DNA of 64,000 nucleotides, taken from positions 83,131-147,130 of the forward strand of contig CAYPQN010000002.1 of NCBI GenBank assembly GCA_964412885.1. The letters run 5' to 3'. This document shows, one piece after another, positions 20,847 through 29,201 of this stretch (the first letter of the stretch is position 1; every line of letters begins with the position of its first letter). Origin of the DNA: an uncultured Chitinophagaceae bacterium (lineage in GTDB: Bacteria; Bacteroidota; Bacteroidia; Chitinophagales; Chitinophagaceae). The position numbers and the translations under genes were made by a program. The notes under the pieces are model-generated. The model searched no databases. It saw only the letters and a program-made list of their open reading frames with translations, and had not been told where the DNA came from.

Positions 20847-22313
20847 ATGCCCATACCGCGGGAAAAGGCCTCCAAATCCCCGTTCCGGCTAGCCGGATTC
20901 ATCCGTTTTTCGCATTCCCCCTGGATCGGGGGCGCCATGGCGCTGATGAGCTCCGGCCTGGCTTTATCCGATGTCCAGGCCCAGCGCTATTCCTGGGGTG
21001 CCCGCAATCCCTGGATCATCGAATCGGAAAACCCGATCGAAATACAGGAAATGGAAAAATTCCAGATTGGCTTCCAGGGAACTTATCTCATTGTACACAA
21101 ACCGGAGGAAAAGGCCCATCCCTACGGCCCATCTTCTCTATGGAGTCCGGAAGCCCAGGACCTGCAGGCGGTTTCGGGAACAGCTTTTGTAGGCCTCCGG
21201 CCTTGGAAGGGCGCCGAGGTATACTATAATGCCGGAATCCTTTATGCCTCCCCGGGTCCCATGATGGGGGGGATCAGCAATCCCCTCCCGGGCGATGGGG
21301 CCTGGCCGGCCGATGGCGGTCATCGCCTCCATTCCCCCCGGCTGTTTTTCCGGCAAAGCTTTGCCCTTCCATCCCCAGGGAACCGGAGTCATGAGAACCG
21401 ACCCGGGCATTTCAATCAGCTGGCCGGCTATGACCCGATAAACTATATCCGGATCCAGGCCGGGAAATTTCCCCTGGGCGAAGTCTTCGACCGCAATCCT
21501 TATTCCTTATTCCCCCATGCCTCCTTTCTGTTCTGGTCCCTCCAGCAGAACGGAGCCTGGGATCGCCCTCAAAATCCACTGGGGCACAGCTACGCCCTGG
21601 TGGCAGAGCTGGAGCGCAACGGGCTGAACATCAAAATAGGCGCTGCCGCCCTGCCCGAAAGGCCCCAAAGCATGAAAATGAACCCGAACTTAGGAGAATC
21701 CCTTTCCGGAATGGTGGAACTCTCCCATCGGTACCGGTTCTTTTCCCTGCCGGGTCGGGTCGGTCTGATGAGTTTTCTGAACACAGGCAGATCGGCCAGC
21801 TTCGCCCATGCTCTGGACTATGCCGTGGATGCGGGCCGCGATCCGGAACTGGATCCTCTCAGAAGGTTGGGACAATATAAGTTCGGATTTCTTTTCCACT
21901 GGGATCAGGCGATCTCCCCTTATGCCGGTCTATTCCTCAAGTGCGGGTGGAACAATGGGCGTACCGAAACAGCCTATTTTGTGGAAGTGGACCAGAGTCT
22001 GAGCCTGGGGGCACAGATCCGGGGGGAATCCTGGCGGCGCCCTTTGGATGCCTTGGGCATAGGCCTGGCGGCCAATCGCCTCTCAGATAAACATCGCCAA
22101 TTTCTGGCCTGGGGCGGGGAAGGAATCCGCCTGGGCGACGGAAGCCTGAATTATGGAGACGAATACCTGGGGGAAGTATTCTACCGGTTCCGTCCTCTGA
22201 GCTCCAAAACCCTATGGCTAATGGCCGATTACCGCCTGGCTATACATCCCGGCTATCAGCGAGACCGGCAGACGGTATCCTGGATTTCCCTGAAAGTCGA
22301 AGTGGAGATCTGA
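20847..22313 (+). CDS. OprB-like carbohydrate-selective porin (outer-membrane beta-barrel)
   Basis: Signal-like N-terminus ending ...ALSDVQAQ. The C-terminal HPGYQRDRQTVSWISLKVEVEI resembles the OprB family end motif (NPGYNxDRGPV...). The start is ambiguous (20817/20847/20937). Confidence 0.5.
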   Translation: MPIPREKASKSPFRLAGFIRFSHSPWIGGAMALMSSGLALSDVQAQRYSWGARNPWIIESENPIEIQEMEKFQIGFQGTYLIVHKPEEKAHPYGPSSLWSPEAQDLQAVSGTAFVGLRPWKGAEVYYNAGILYASPGPMMGGISNPLPGDGAWPADGGHRLHSPRLFFRQSFALPSPGNRSHENRPGHFNQLAGYDPINYIRIQAGKFPLGEVFDRNPYSLFPHASFLFWSLQQNGAWDRPQNPLGHSYALVAELERNGLNIKIGAAALPERPQSMKMNPNLGESLSGMVELSHRYRFFSLPGRVGLMSFLNTGRSASFAHALDYAVDAGRDPELDPLRRLGQYKFGFLFHWDQAISPYAGLFLKCGWNNGRTETAYFVEVDQSLSLGAQIRGESWRRPLDALGIGLAANRLSDKHRQFLAWGGEGIRLGDGSLNYGDEYLGEVFYRFRPLSSKTLWLMADYRLAIHPGYQRDRQTVSWISLKVEVEI

Positions 22314-22343
22314 GTTGCAGTCCCTGAATTTCCTGTATTGGGC

Positions 22344-23696
22344 TCAGGCTGATGGGACAGAGGTCTTAGCACCTCCGGATCCCGGCTTCTGGGAGCGTCC
22401 CGGCCTATCGCCTCTGGATGGGGTGGATGCCGGGTTTTTCCCTCCCCGGTCCCGGGAGCCGGTCTTCTTCCTGGCGGTACCCGGAGCCTGAGTCCTGGAT
22501 TCGTCCTTTTTAGGATTCTTCGGCCGAGACCCTCCTTCCCCGGCTGGGCGGGAGCCCTTGTCTGTGAATTTCCTCTTCCTGGCTTTGTTTCTATTCCGGT
22601 CCAAAGCCCGCAGGCTGATCTGCCCCACGTCATTGACAAATCCGATATCGACCTGCTCGGCGGCTTTTCCCCGGCTGGTCTCCAGCTCCACCGCCTGCAG
22701 CTCTGCCGGCTTCTGGCCCTGAAGGTTCATTTCCCTGATTTCCTTTACCCGGTCAATGGTCAGCGGGTACTGTTTGCTGCCATCCGAAAAGCTGTACCAC
22801 ATCAGGTTCCGGAATATGTCCTTTTTCTGAAGATAAGCCCGGCCCTTGGCGGTTTCCAGAACTTCCACCTGTTCGGGGAAAACCCTCAAGGCCTCCATAT
22901 ACGTATCCAACTCATAATTCAGGCAGCATTTGAGCCGGCCACACTGGCCGCTGAGCTTGGCTTGGTTAATGGAAAGATTCTGATAGCGGGCGGCCGTGGT
23001 ATTCACCGACTTGAAATCGCTTAGCCAGGTGGAGCAGCATAATTCGCGTCCACAGGACCCGATTCCCCCCAGCTTCCCGCTTTCCTGTCGGGCTCCGATC
23101 TGCCTCATTTCTACCTTGAGCTTGAAATCCGCCGCATACTGCTTGATCAGTTCCCTAAAATCCACGCGCTGATCCGCCGTATAATAAAAAGTGGCCTTTT
23201 TCCCGTCGGCCTGGATCTCTGCTTCGCAAAGCTTCATGTCGAGATTCAGGGTTTTGGATATGGCGCGCGAACGGATCAACAGTTCCGGTTCCCTGGCCTT
23301 ATTCTGGTCATATAGGTTCCAATCTTCTTCCTGGGCAATCCTCAGCACCCGCTTCAGCCCATCCTGTTCCCTGACCCCGGCCTTTTTCATCTGCAGGCGG
23401 GTCAGCTCCCCAGTCAGGGAAACCTGGCCCATATCAAAACCTCCTACTCCTTCCACCACCACCCAATCTCCCTTCCGGAGGGAAAGTCCGGAAGGATTCC
23501 GGAAAAACTCCTTTCGGCTTCCACGGTTGAAGCTGACTTCCAGTATGGAAAATGGACGGACTCCGTCATGCAGAGGGAGTTCTTTGAGCCAATCAAATAC
23601 ATTCATCCGGTTACATCCCCCGGAGCTGCAGCCTCCGTTGCCCTTACAGCCGGCCGGCTTCCCAGAGCCTCCGCTTCCGCAGTTTCCACATCCCAT
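22344..23696 (-). CDS. PSP1-domain protein (RicT/YaaT-like) with a Cys/Gly-rich N-terminus and a basic C-terminal tail
   Basis: PSP1 core with GSCGRELCCSTWL and QCGRLKCCLNYE motifs. N-terminal MGCGNCGSGGSGKPAGCKGNGGCSSGGC. A C-terminal Lys/Arg/Pro/Gly-rich tail of about 85 aa. Confidence 0.8.
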   Translation of the reverse strand: MGCGNCGSGGSGKPAGCKGNGGCSSGGCNRMNVFDWLKELPLHDGVRPFSILEVSFNRGSRKEFFRNPSGLSLRKGDWVVVEGVGGFDMGQVSLTGELTRLQMKKAGVREQDGLKRVLRIAQEEDWNLYDQNKAREPELLIRSRAISKTLNLDMKLCEAEIQADGKKATFYYTADQRVDFRELIKQYAADFKLKVEMRQIGARQESGKLGGIGSCGRELCCSTWLSDFKSVNTTAARYQNLSINQAKLSGQCGRLKCCLNYELDTYMEALRVFPEQVEVLETAKGRAYLQKKDIFRNLMWYSFSDGSKQYPLTIDRVKEIREMNLQGQKPAELQAVELETSRGKAAEQVDIGFVNDVGQISLRALDRNRNKARKRKFTDKGSRPAGEGGSRPKNPKKDESRTQAPGTARKKTGSRDRGGKNPASTPSRGDRPGRSQKPGSGGAKTSVPSA

Positions 23697-23920
23697 CTAA
23701 AATAAAATCATTTATATTGACGACCCCCCTTTCTGGCGACAGCCCCTTTTTCCGGGGGATCCGCCCCCTGTCCGGGCGGATCAGGGCAAAAGGTCGGAAT
23801 TGGTGAACAAAAACCAAAAATACAGAAAAAAGCCTGAATCCCCTCTAATATTTACCTTCGGCTTCCTGGGTCAGGGTTCCCCATGCCCCGGATACCGTAA
23901 CAGAGGAAAAAGAATTTTTT

Positions 23921-23951
23921 TTTGACTATAGCCCAAAAACTCTTACCTTTG
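23921..23951 (+). promoter_or_regulatory. Bacteroidota sigma-A type promoter for the rplKAJL operon
   Basis: TTTG (23921-23924), then 19 nt, then TACCTTTG (23944-23951). This matches the TTTG / TAnnTTTG (-33/-7) consensus. It lies about 87 nt upstream of the rplK ATG. Confidence 0.5.
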
Positions 23952-24037
23952 CCGTCCAATTCTCATTTTGCTCTTCGTATCGTTTAGCATTTGGGAGAGT
24001 TGTTTTATACAATTCGTTAAAACCAAAAAACAAAAAA

Positions 24038-24481
24038 ATGGCTAAGGAAATCACGGGCTACGTTAAGCTGCAGTGCAAAGGAGGCCAGGCCAATCCTGCT
24101 CCTCCCATCGGTCCGGCACTGGGTTCCAAGGGAATCAACATCATGGACTTCTGCAAGCAATTCAACGCCAGAACCCAGGACAAGCAAGGGAAAGTACTTC
24201 CCGTTCTCATCACGGTATTTGCCGACAAATCCTTTGAGTTCGTCATCAAAACGCCCCCGGCAGCTGTCCAGCTTATGGAGGCCGCCAAGGTGAACAAGGG
24301 GTCCAAGGAACCCAACCGCGACAAAGTGGGGAAAGTCACCTGGGCCCAGGTGGAGGAGATCGCCAAGGACAAAATGGCCGATCTCAATTGCTTTACCGTG
24401 GAAAGTGCCATGCGTATGGTAGCCGGCACGGCAAGAAGTATCGGTTTAACCGTAGAGGGCAATGCCCCCTGGGAAAACTAA
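24038..24481 (+). CDS. rplK: 50S ribosomal protein L11
   Basis: [43 protein letters not shown] is the canonical L11 N-terminus. Confidence 0.97.
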   Translation: MAKEITGYVKLQCKGGQANPAPPIGPALGSKGINIMDFCKQFNARTQDKQGKVLPVLITVFADKSFEFVIKTPPAAVQLMEAAKVNKGSKEPNRDKVGKVTWAQVEEIAKDKMADLNCFTVESAMRMVAGTARSIGLTVEGNAPWEN

Positions 24482-24513
24482 TCGCTGGGTTCACCTATTA
24501 AAACAAGCTAACC

Positions 24514-25203
24514 ATGGCCATCTCAAAGAAAAGAAAAGAAGCAGAATCAAAAATAGACAAAACCAAGGCCTATTCCCTGGCGGAAGCAGCAGCCCTGGTA
24601 AAGGAAATCAATTGCACTCGGTTTGACAGTTCCGTGGATGTGCACATCCGCTTAGGCGTGGACCCGAAAAAAGCCGACCAAGCTCTGAGGGGAACGGTAA
24701 GTCTTCCCCATGGAACCGGAAAGACCAAAAAGGTGCTTGTCCTCTGTCCCCCGGATAAGGAAGCGGAAGCCCGCGAAGCCGGAGCGGATTATGTGGGACT
24801 GGACGAATTCGTCACCAAGATCGAAGGCGGATGGACTGATATCGATGTCATCGTCGCCACGCCTTCCGTTATGCCCAAAATCGGACGTCTGGGTAAGATA
24901 CTGGGACCAAGGAACCTCATGCCCAACCCCAAAACCGGTACCGTGACCAACGATGTGGCCGCGGCGGTAACCGATGTAAAAGGAGGGAAAATTGCCTTTA
25001 AAGTGGACAAAGCCGGAATCATTCATGCTTCCATAGGCCGAGTGTCCTTTGAGCCCAAAAAACTGGCCGAAAATGCCACGGAGCTCATCAACACTCTGGT
25101 GAGAATGAAACCCGCCACCGCCAAAGGCGTATATCTCAAAGGCATCAGCATGGCCTCGACCATGAGTCCGGGAATCTCCATTGATACGAAAACCGTTTCC
25201 TGA
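24514..25203 (+). CDS. rplA: 50S ribosomal protein L1
   Basis: 229 aa. [24 protein letters not shown] and [15 protein letters not shown] are the L1 signature. Confidence 0.97.
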   Translation: MAISKKRKEAESKIDKTKAYSLAEAAALVKEINCTRFDSSVDVHIRLGVDPKKADQALRGTVSLPHGTGKTKKVLVLCPPDKEAEAREAGADYVGLDEFVTKIEGGWTDIDVIVATPSVMPKIGRLGKILGPRNLMPNPKTGTVTNDVAAAVTDVKGGKIAFKVDKAGIIHASIGRVSFEPKKLAENATELINTLVRMKPATAKGVYLKGISMASTMSPGISIDTKTVS

Positions 25204-25241
25204 TTCCCCGCCGGTTTTCCCCAACATATAAACTATTAGAC

Positions 25242-25826
25242 ATGACACCGAATCAAAAATCCGCTCTCGTTGACCTGCTGAAAGAAAAATTTTCTCAGTA
25301 CGAGAACTTTTATATCACCGATACCGAATCCCTGACCGTAGCCCAGATCAACCAGCTCAGAAGCCATTGCTTTGACAAGAAGGTCGAAATGAAGGTGGCA
25401 AAGAACACCCTGGTGAAAAAGGCCCTGGAAAGCCTGGATTCGGAAAAATACAGCGGCCTTTACGACGCTCTGCACCAGGTAACTGCCCTGATGTTCAGCG
25501 AAAGCCCCAAGGAACCGGCCCTGATCATCAGCTCCTTTCGGGGTGCAGGGGAAAAACCCCGGTTGAAGGCCGCCTACATCAACGGGGAAGTGTACCTCGG
25601 AGACGATCAACTCCAGGCGCTGACCAAGATCAAGACCAAATCGGAACTGATCGGGGAAGTGATCGGTCTGCTCCAGTCCCCCGCCAAACGGGTCATCGCC
25701 GCCCTGCTCCATCATTCGGAAAAAGGAGAAGAGGCGTCCGCTACCCCGGAAGCCGAAGCAGAAGGGAATACTCCTGCCCCGGATTCCGGAACCCAGGAGG
25801 AATCCAACCCTCCGGCGGCGGAATAA
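25242..25826 (+). CDS. rplJ: 50S ribosomal protein L10 with an acidic/Pro-rich C-terminal extension
   Basis: L10 N-terminal domain (VAQINQLRSHCFDKKVEMKVAKNTLVKKAL) and the L12-binding helix region, followed by a 38-aa tail HHSEKGEEASATPEAEAEGNTPAPDSGTQEESNPPAAE. Confidence 0.93.
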   Translation: MTPNQKSALVDLLKEKFSQYENFYITDTESLTVAQINQLRSHCFDKKVEMKVAKNTLVKKALESLDSEKYSGLYDALHQVTALMFSESPKEPALIISSFRGAGEKPRLKAAYINGEVYLGDDQLQALTKIKTKSELIGEVIGLLQSPAKRVIAALLHHSEKGEEASATPEAEAEGNTPAPDSGTQEESNPPAAE

Positions 25827-25922
25827 ACCTTTCCGGACAGGGATGGCCCTGCCGGAATCGAATATCGGCTTCCAAGTCACCAATATAGATTCCATTAATT
25901 ATCCACAAAAACCAAAAAAATC

Positions 25923-26300
25923 ATGGCAGAAATCAAAGAAATCGCCGAAAAGCTGGTTTCCCTTTCCGTAAAGGAAGTACAGGAACTGGCCGATATATTG
26001 AAAAACGAATATGGCATTGAACCCGCAGCGGCCGCAGTAGTCGTTAGCGGTGGAGCAGATGCCGGAGCCGGTGCTGCAGCGGAGGAAAAATCTTCCTTCA
26101 ACGTGGTACTGAAGAGCGCTGGACCTTCCAAGCTTGGCGTGGTGAAAATCGTAAAAGAACTGACCGGTCTGGGACTGAAAGAGTCCAAAGAGCTGGTGGA
26201 CGGTGCCCCCAAAGCCATCAAGGAAGGGCTGAGCAAAGCCGAAGCCGAGGAAATGAAAGCCAAGCTTACCGAAGCCGGTGCCGAAGTGGAGCTCGAGTAA
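25923..26300 (+). CDS. rplL: 50S ribosomal protein L7/L12
   Basis: N-terminal dimerisation helix, Ala/Gly hinge ([21 protein letters not shown]) and C-terminal domain [28 protein letters not shown]. Confidence 0.97.
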   Translation: MAEIKEIAEKLVSLSVKEVQELADILKNEYGIEPAAAAVVVSGGADAGAGAAAEEKSSFNVVLKSAGPSKLGVVKIVKELTGLGLKESKELVDGAPKAIKEGLSKAEAEEMKAKLTEAGAEVELE

Positions 26301-26353
26301 TTCCTCCAAGATTATGGGGCAGGCCCAGCGGCCTGCCGCCCATGGACAAAACA

Positions 26354-26400
26354 CCAAACCCTGTAGGAAATCCCTGCGGGGTTTGGCTTTTTATTTTATT
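26354..26400 (+). terminator. Intrinsic terminator of the rplKAJL operon
   Basis: 14-bp stem CCAAACCCTGTAGG / CCCTGCGGGGTTTGG (two G-U pairs, 5-nt loop) followed by CTTTTTATTTTATT. It is preceded by a second 8-bp GC hairpin at 26318-26337 that has no U-tract. Confidence 0.78.
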
Positions 26401-26733
26401 ATACCCCCCAATGGGCGGAGATGGGCGAATACCCGTTTCGGGCCGAAAAGCCGCTCGGCCCTTCCTCTTTGGCCGAGCATAAGGATTAACCCATGGCGGG
26501 GAAACCGGTCCGAACATGCTCCCCCTACCGGGGATATGCCCCCTTGCCTTCTGTCCCAACACTTTTGGGAATCTCCACCCGGGCTAGCCGCCGTCTGAGT
26601 AATTCTGGGAATTCCCATGGCTTCCCGTCTCTTTCCAGGGGTAAATGCCTTATAGGATTCATGGTCCTCATGGGATGACACCCACCCCTCAAGCGAATTT
26701 CCATCGCCTAGGGTATGGCCATGGCGGCGCATC

Positions 26734-26756
26734 AAAAAACCGCCCCTTTGGGGCGG
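26734..26756 (-). terminator. Intrinsic terminator of the lipoprotein gene 26778-27323
   Basis: On the minus strand: CCGCCCC-AAA-GGGGCGG followed by TTTTTT (plus-strand A-run 26734-26739). About 20 nt 3' of the stop codon. Confidence 0.65.
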
Positions 26757-26777
26757 CTCCTTAATTTCCTAAGCAGT

Positions 26778-27323
26778 TTACCATGGCTTTTCGGGAACAT
26801 AATATTCGCCATTCTCGAAAACGATCGAATCGGGCAGGTGATCATAGGGGGTCATGGGATAGAAAGTCCCCCAAAATGTCCCCCTCATATGGCCGTCTTC
26901 CTCACCTAGTATCTTCACTTCAAAGGTTTCCGGCTTGGGAAAATAAGGCGTAACCGAATCCCCTCTTACCGTATCGATGAAGGTATAGACCATGCTCGGA
27001 AGGTATTCCTGCAGGTTCTTGAATTCATTGATGTAAATGTAGAGGGTGTGCTTGAATGGATCATTGGTCCGGTGGCCCACAATCAACCTGGAATTGGAAC
27101 CCTCCACCGTATCCCGATGAAAATAAGATGGGTAAAATCCGGTACGGGTCTTATTCACGTCCGCCACCATATTCCCGAGGAACAGGTCCACGGCTGTACT
27201 TTCATTCAATGGATTCAGGGCGTTGGGCTCCTGTGGATTGGCCTCGTAGGGTCCGTTGTTGCAGGCCGAAATCGCCAGGAAAAAGCCCCAGCAGCACAGT
27301 AAACCGAATAAGTACTTCTTCAT
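26778..27323 (-). CDS. Hypothetical lipoprotein
   Basis: Lipobox-like signal MKKYLFGLLCCWGFFLAISAC. 181 aa. No family recognised. Confidence 0.6.
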   Translation of the reverse strand: MKKYLFGLLCCWGFFLAISACNNGPYEANPQEPNALNPLNESTAVDLFLGNMVADVNKTRTGFYPSYFHRDTVEGSNSRLIVGHRTNDPFKHTLYIYINEFKNLQEYLPSMVYTFIDTVRGDSVTPYFPKPETFEVKILGEEDGHMRGTFWGTFYPMTPYDHLPDSIVFENGEYYVPEKPW

Positions 27324-27384
27324 AAACTGGAATTACCGTATAAAGATAATATAGTCCACAATAATTCAAAACCCAAAGCCGGGT

Positions 27385-29172
27385 TTATTTTCCCCTTTTG
27401 AGTCCCAGCTCCCTTTCCTGCTGCTCATCAATGGGTGCCGGCGCATCCAGCATCACATCCCGGCCTGCATTGTTCTTGGGGAAGGCCATGAAGTCCCGGA
27501 TGCTTTCCTGTCCCCCCAAAACGGCCGCCATACGATCCAGACCCAGGGCTATCCCTCCATGGGGCGGAGCTCCATATTCAAAGGCATCCATAAGAAATCC
27601 GAACTGCTGTCGGGCTTCTTCTGCCGTGAAGCCCAGGGCAGCAAACATTTTCTCTTGAATATCCCGGCGATGGATCCTCAGGGACCCGCCGCCGATTTCG
27701 CTTCCGTTGATCACCAGATCATAGGCATTGGCCAGAATGGAGCCCAGCGAATCCTTTTGATCCAGCAAGGAAAGCTGATCCGGGCGAGGCGCCGTGAAAG
27801 GATGGTGGCGGGCAGCCCAGGCGGAGCGGTTCGAGTCCCATTCGAAAAGAGGAAAATCCACCACCCACAGAGGGGCAAAATGCTTGGGATCCCTCAGGCC
27901 CAGGCGTTGGCCCATTTCCAGACGCAGATCGCTGATGGCCCTTCTAGTCTTTTCCTCGGATCCGGCCAAAAGAAGAAAAAGGTCTCCGGGTAGGCAGCCT
28001 GCCTCCTTCATCATCTCCATTCCCCTTTCGGCTCCGATGGCCTTATCCACACTGGTCCTTCCCGACTCTTCTGCTTCTCTTTTGCCGTAAATCAGTCCGG
28101 ACATATGGCGGGGGGCGCGCTTCACCCACTCGGTCAGCTCGTCAATCTGCTTTCGGGAGTAATGCCCGGCTCCGGGCACGACCAGAGCCAAAACGGACTC
28201 GGCTTGATCAAAAAGGGCAAAACCGCTTTGATTCAGAAAAGGCAGGCGGGTTTCCAGGGGAGATTTCAGATTCTGGATCTTCATGTCAAAGCGCAGGTCC
28301 GGCTTGTCGTTGCCATAATCCCTCATGGCCTGGGCAAAACTTAGGCGAGGGAAGGGCCGGGCCAGGGAAATTCCCATTACCGACTCCCATACAGAGATCA
28401 TCATTCCTTCGAAGATCTGCAGTATGTCTTCCTGGCCTACGAAGCTCAACTCACAGTCTATCTGCGTGAACTCGGGCTGGCGATCTGCTCTCAGATCTTC
28501 ATCCCTAAAGCATTTGACGATCTGAAAGTAGCGATCAAATCCGCTAACCATCAACAGTTGTTTGAAGGTCTGAGGGCTCTGGGGCAATGCATAGAACTGC
28601 CCGGGATTCAGGCGGGAGGGAACCACAAAGTCCCGGGCGCCTTCCGGGGTGGAACGGATCAGATAAGGAGTCTCGATTTCCATGAACCCCTGATCATGGA
28701 GATAGTCGCGGACGCAGCGGGTCAGCCTGTACCTCAAGACCAGATTCTTTTGCAAAATGGGCCGGCGCAAGTCCAGGTATCGGTACTGCATCCGAAGCTC
28801 TTCACCTCCATCGCTCTGGTCTTCTATGGTAAAGGGGGGAGTACGGGAAGGGTTCAGGATTTCGATCTGATCCACTTCCACTTCTATGTCTCCCGTGGGC
28901 AGGTCCGGGTTCTTGCTGGACCGCTCCCTGACCTTCCCCTGAGCCCGGATCACATACTCCCTGCCGAGGCCTTCGGCCTGCCCTCCCCCGGCTCCGGGCT
29001 GGTCCAGGACCAGTTGGGTAATTCCATATCGGTCCCGCAAATCGATGAATACCAGGCCGCCGAAGCGTCTGATGGCACTCACCCATCCGCAGAGGCTTAC
29101 TTCCCTGCCGGCATCTTCCAGGCGCAGGGTCCCGCAATTATGGGATCTGAAACGCATATCCTCCTTATTCAC
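27385..29172 (-). CDS. aspS: Aspartate--tRNA ligase
   Basis: OB-fold N-terminus (RSHNCGTLR...VSLCGWV), class II motifs FYALPQSPQ.FKQLLM, FRDEDLRADRQPEFTQ.D and GGIALGLDR. The start may be 29157. Confidence 0.95.
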   Translation of the reverse strand: MNKEDMRFRSHNCGTLRLEDAGREVSLCGWVSAIRRFGGLVFIDLRDRYGITQLVLDQPGAGGGQAEGLGREYVIRAQGKVRERSSKNPDLPTGDIEVEVDQIEILNPSRTPPFTIEDQSDGGEELRMQYRYLDLRRPILQKNLVLRYRLTRCVRDYLHDQGFMEIETPYLIRSTPEGARDFVVPSRLNPGQFYALPQSPQTFKQLLMVSGFDRYFQIVKCFRDEDLRADRQPEFTQIDCELSFVGQEDILQIFEGMMISVWESVMGISLARPFPRLSFAQAMRDYGNDKPDLRFDMKIQNLKSPLETRLPFLNQSGFALFDQAESVLALVVPGAGHYSRKQIDELTEWVKRAPRHMSGLIYGKREAEESGRTSVDKAIGAERGMEMMKEAGCLPGDLFLLLAGSEEKTRRAISDLRLEMGQRLGLRDPKHFAPLWVVDFPLFEWDSNRSAWAARHHPFTAPRPDQLSLLDQKDSLGSILANAYDLVINGSEIGGGSLRIHRRDIQEKMFAALGFTAEEARQQFGFLMDAFEYGAPPHGGIALGLDRMAAVLGGQESIRDFMAFPKNNAGRDVMLDAPAPIDEQQERELGLKRGK

Positions 29173-29201
29173 TTAGGGTTATTGGATTTTCTCTTAGAAT
29201 T

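Noticed and set aside
26401-26733. Possibility that the post-rplL gap is RNase P RNA or tmRNA.
   Set aside because: I looked on both strands for the RNase P P4 signature (GGAAAGTCCGGGC / ACAGAA..CGGCTTA) and for a tmRNA tRNA-like 3' end (GGTTCGA.TCC … CCACCA). I found neither.
26266-26735. Three overlapping ORFs (98, 106 and 114 aa) in the gap after rplL.
   Set aside because: All are Arg/Pro/Gly-rich with no motifs. Two begin inside rplL or its terminator. The region looks noncoding and structured (see findings).
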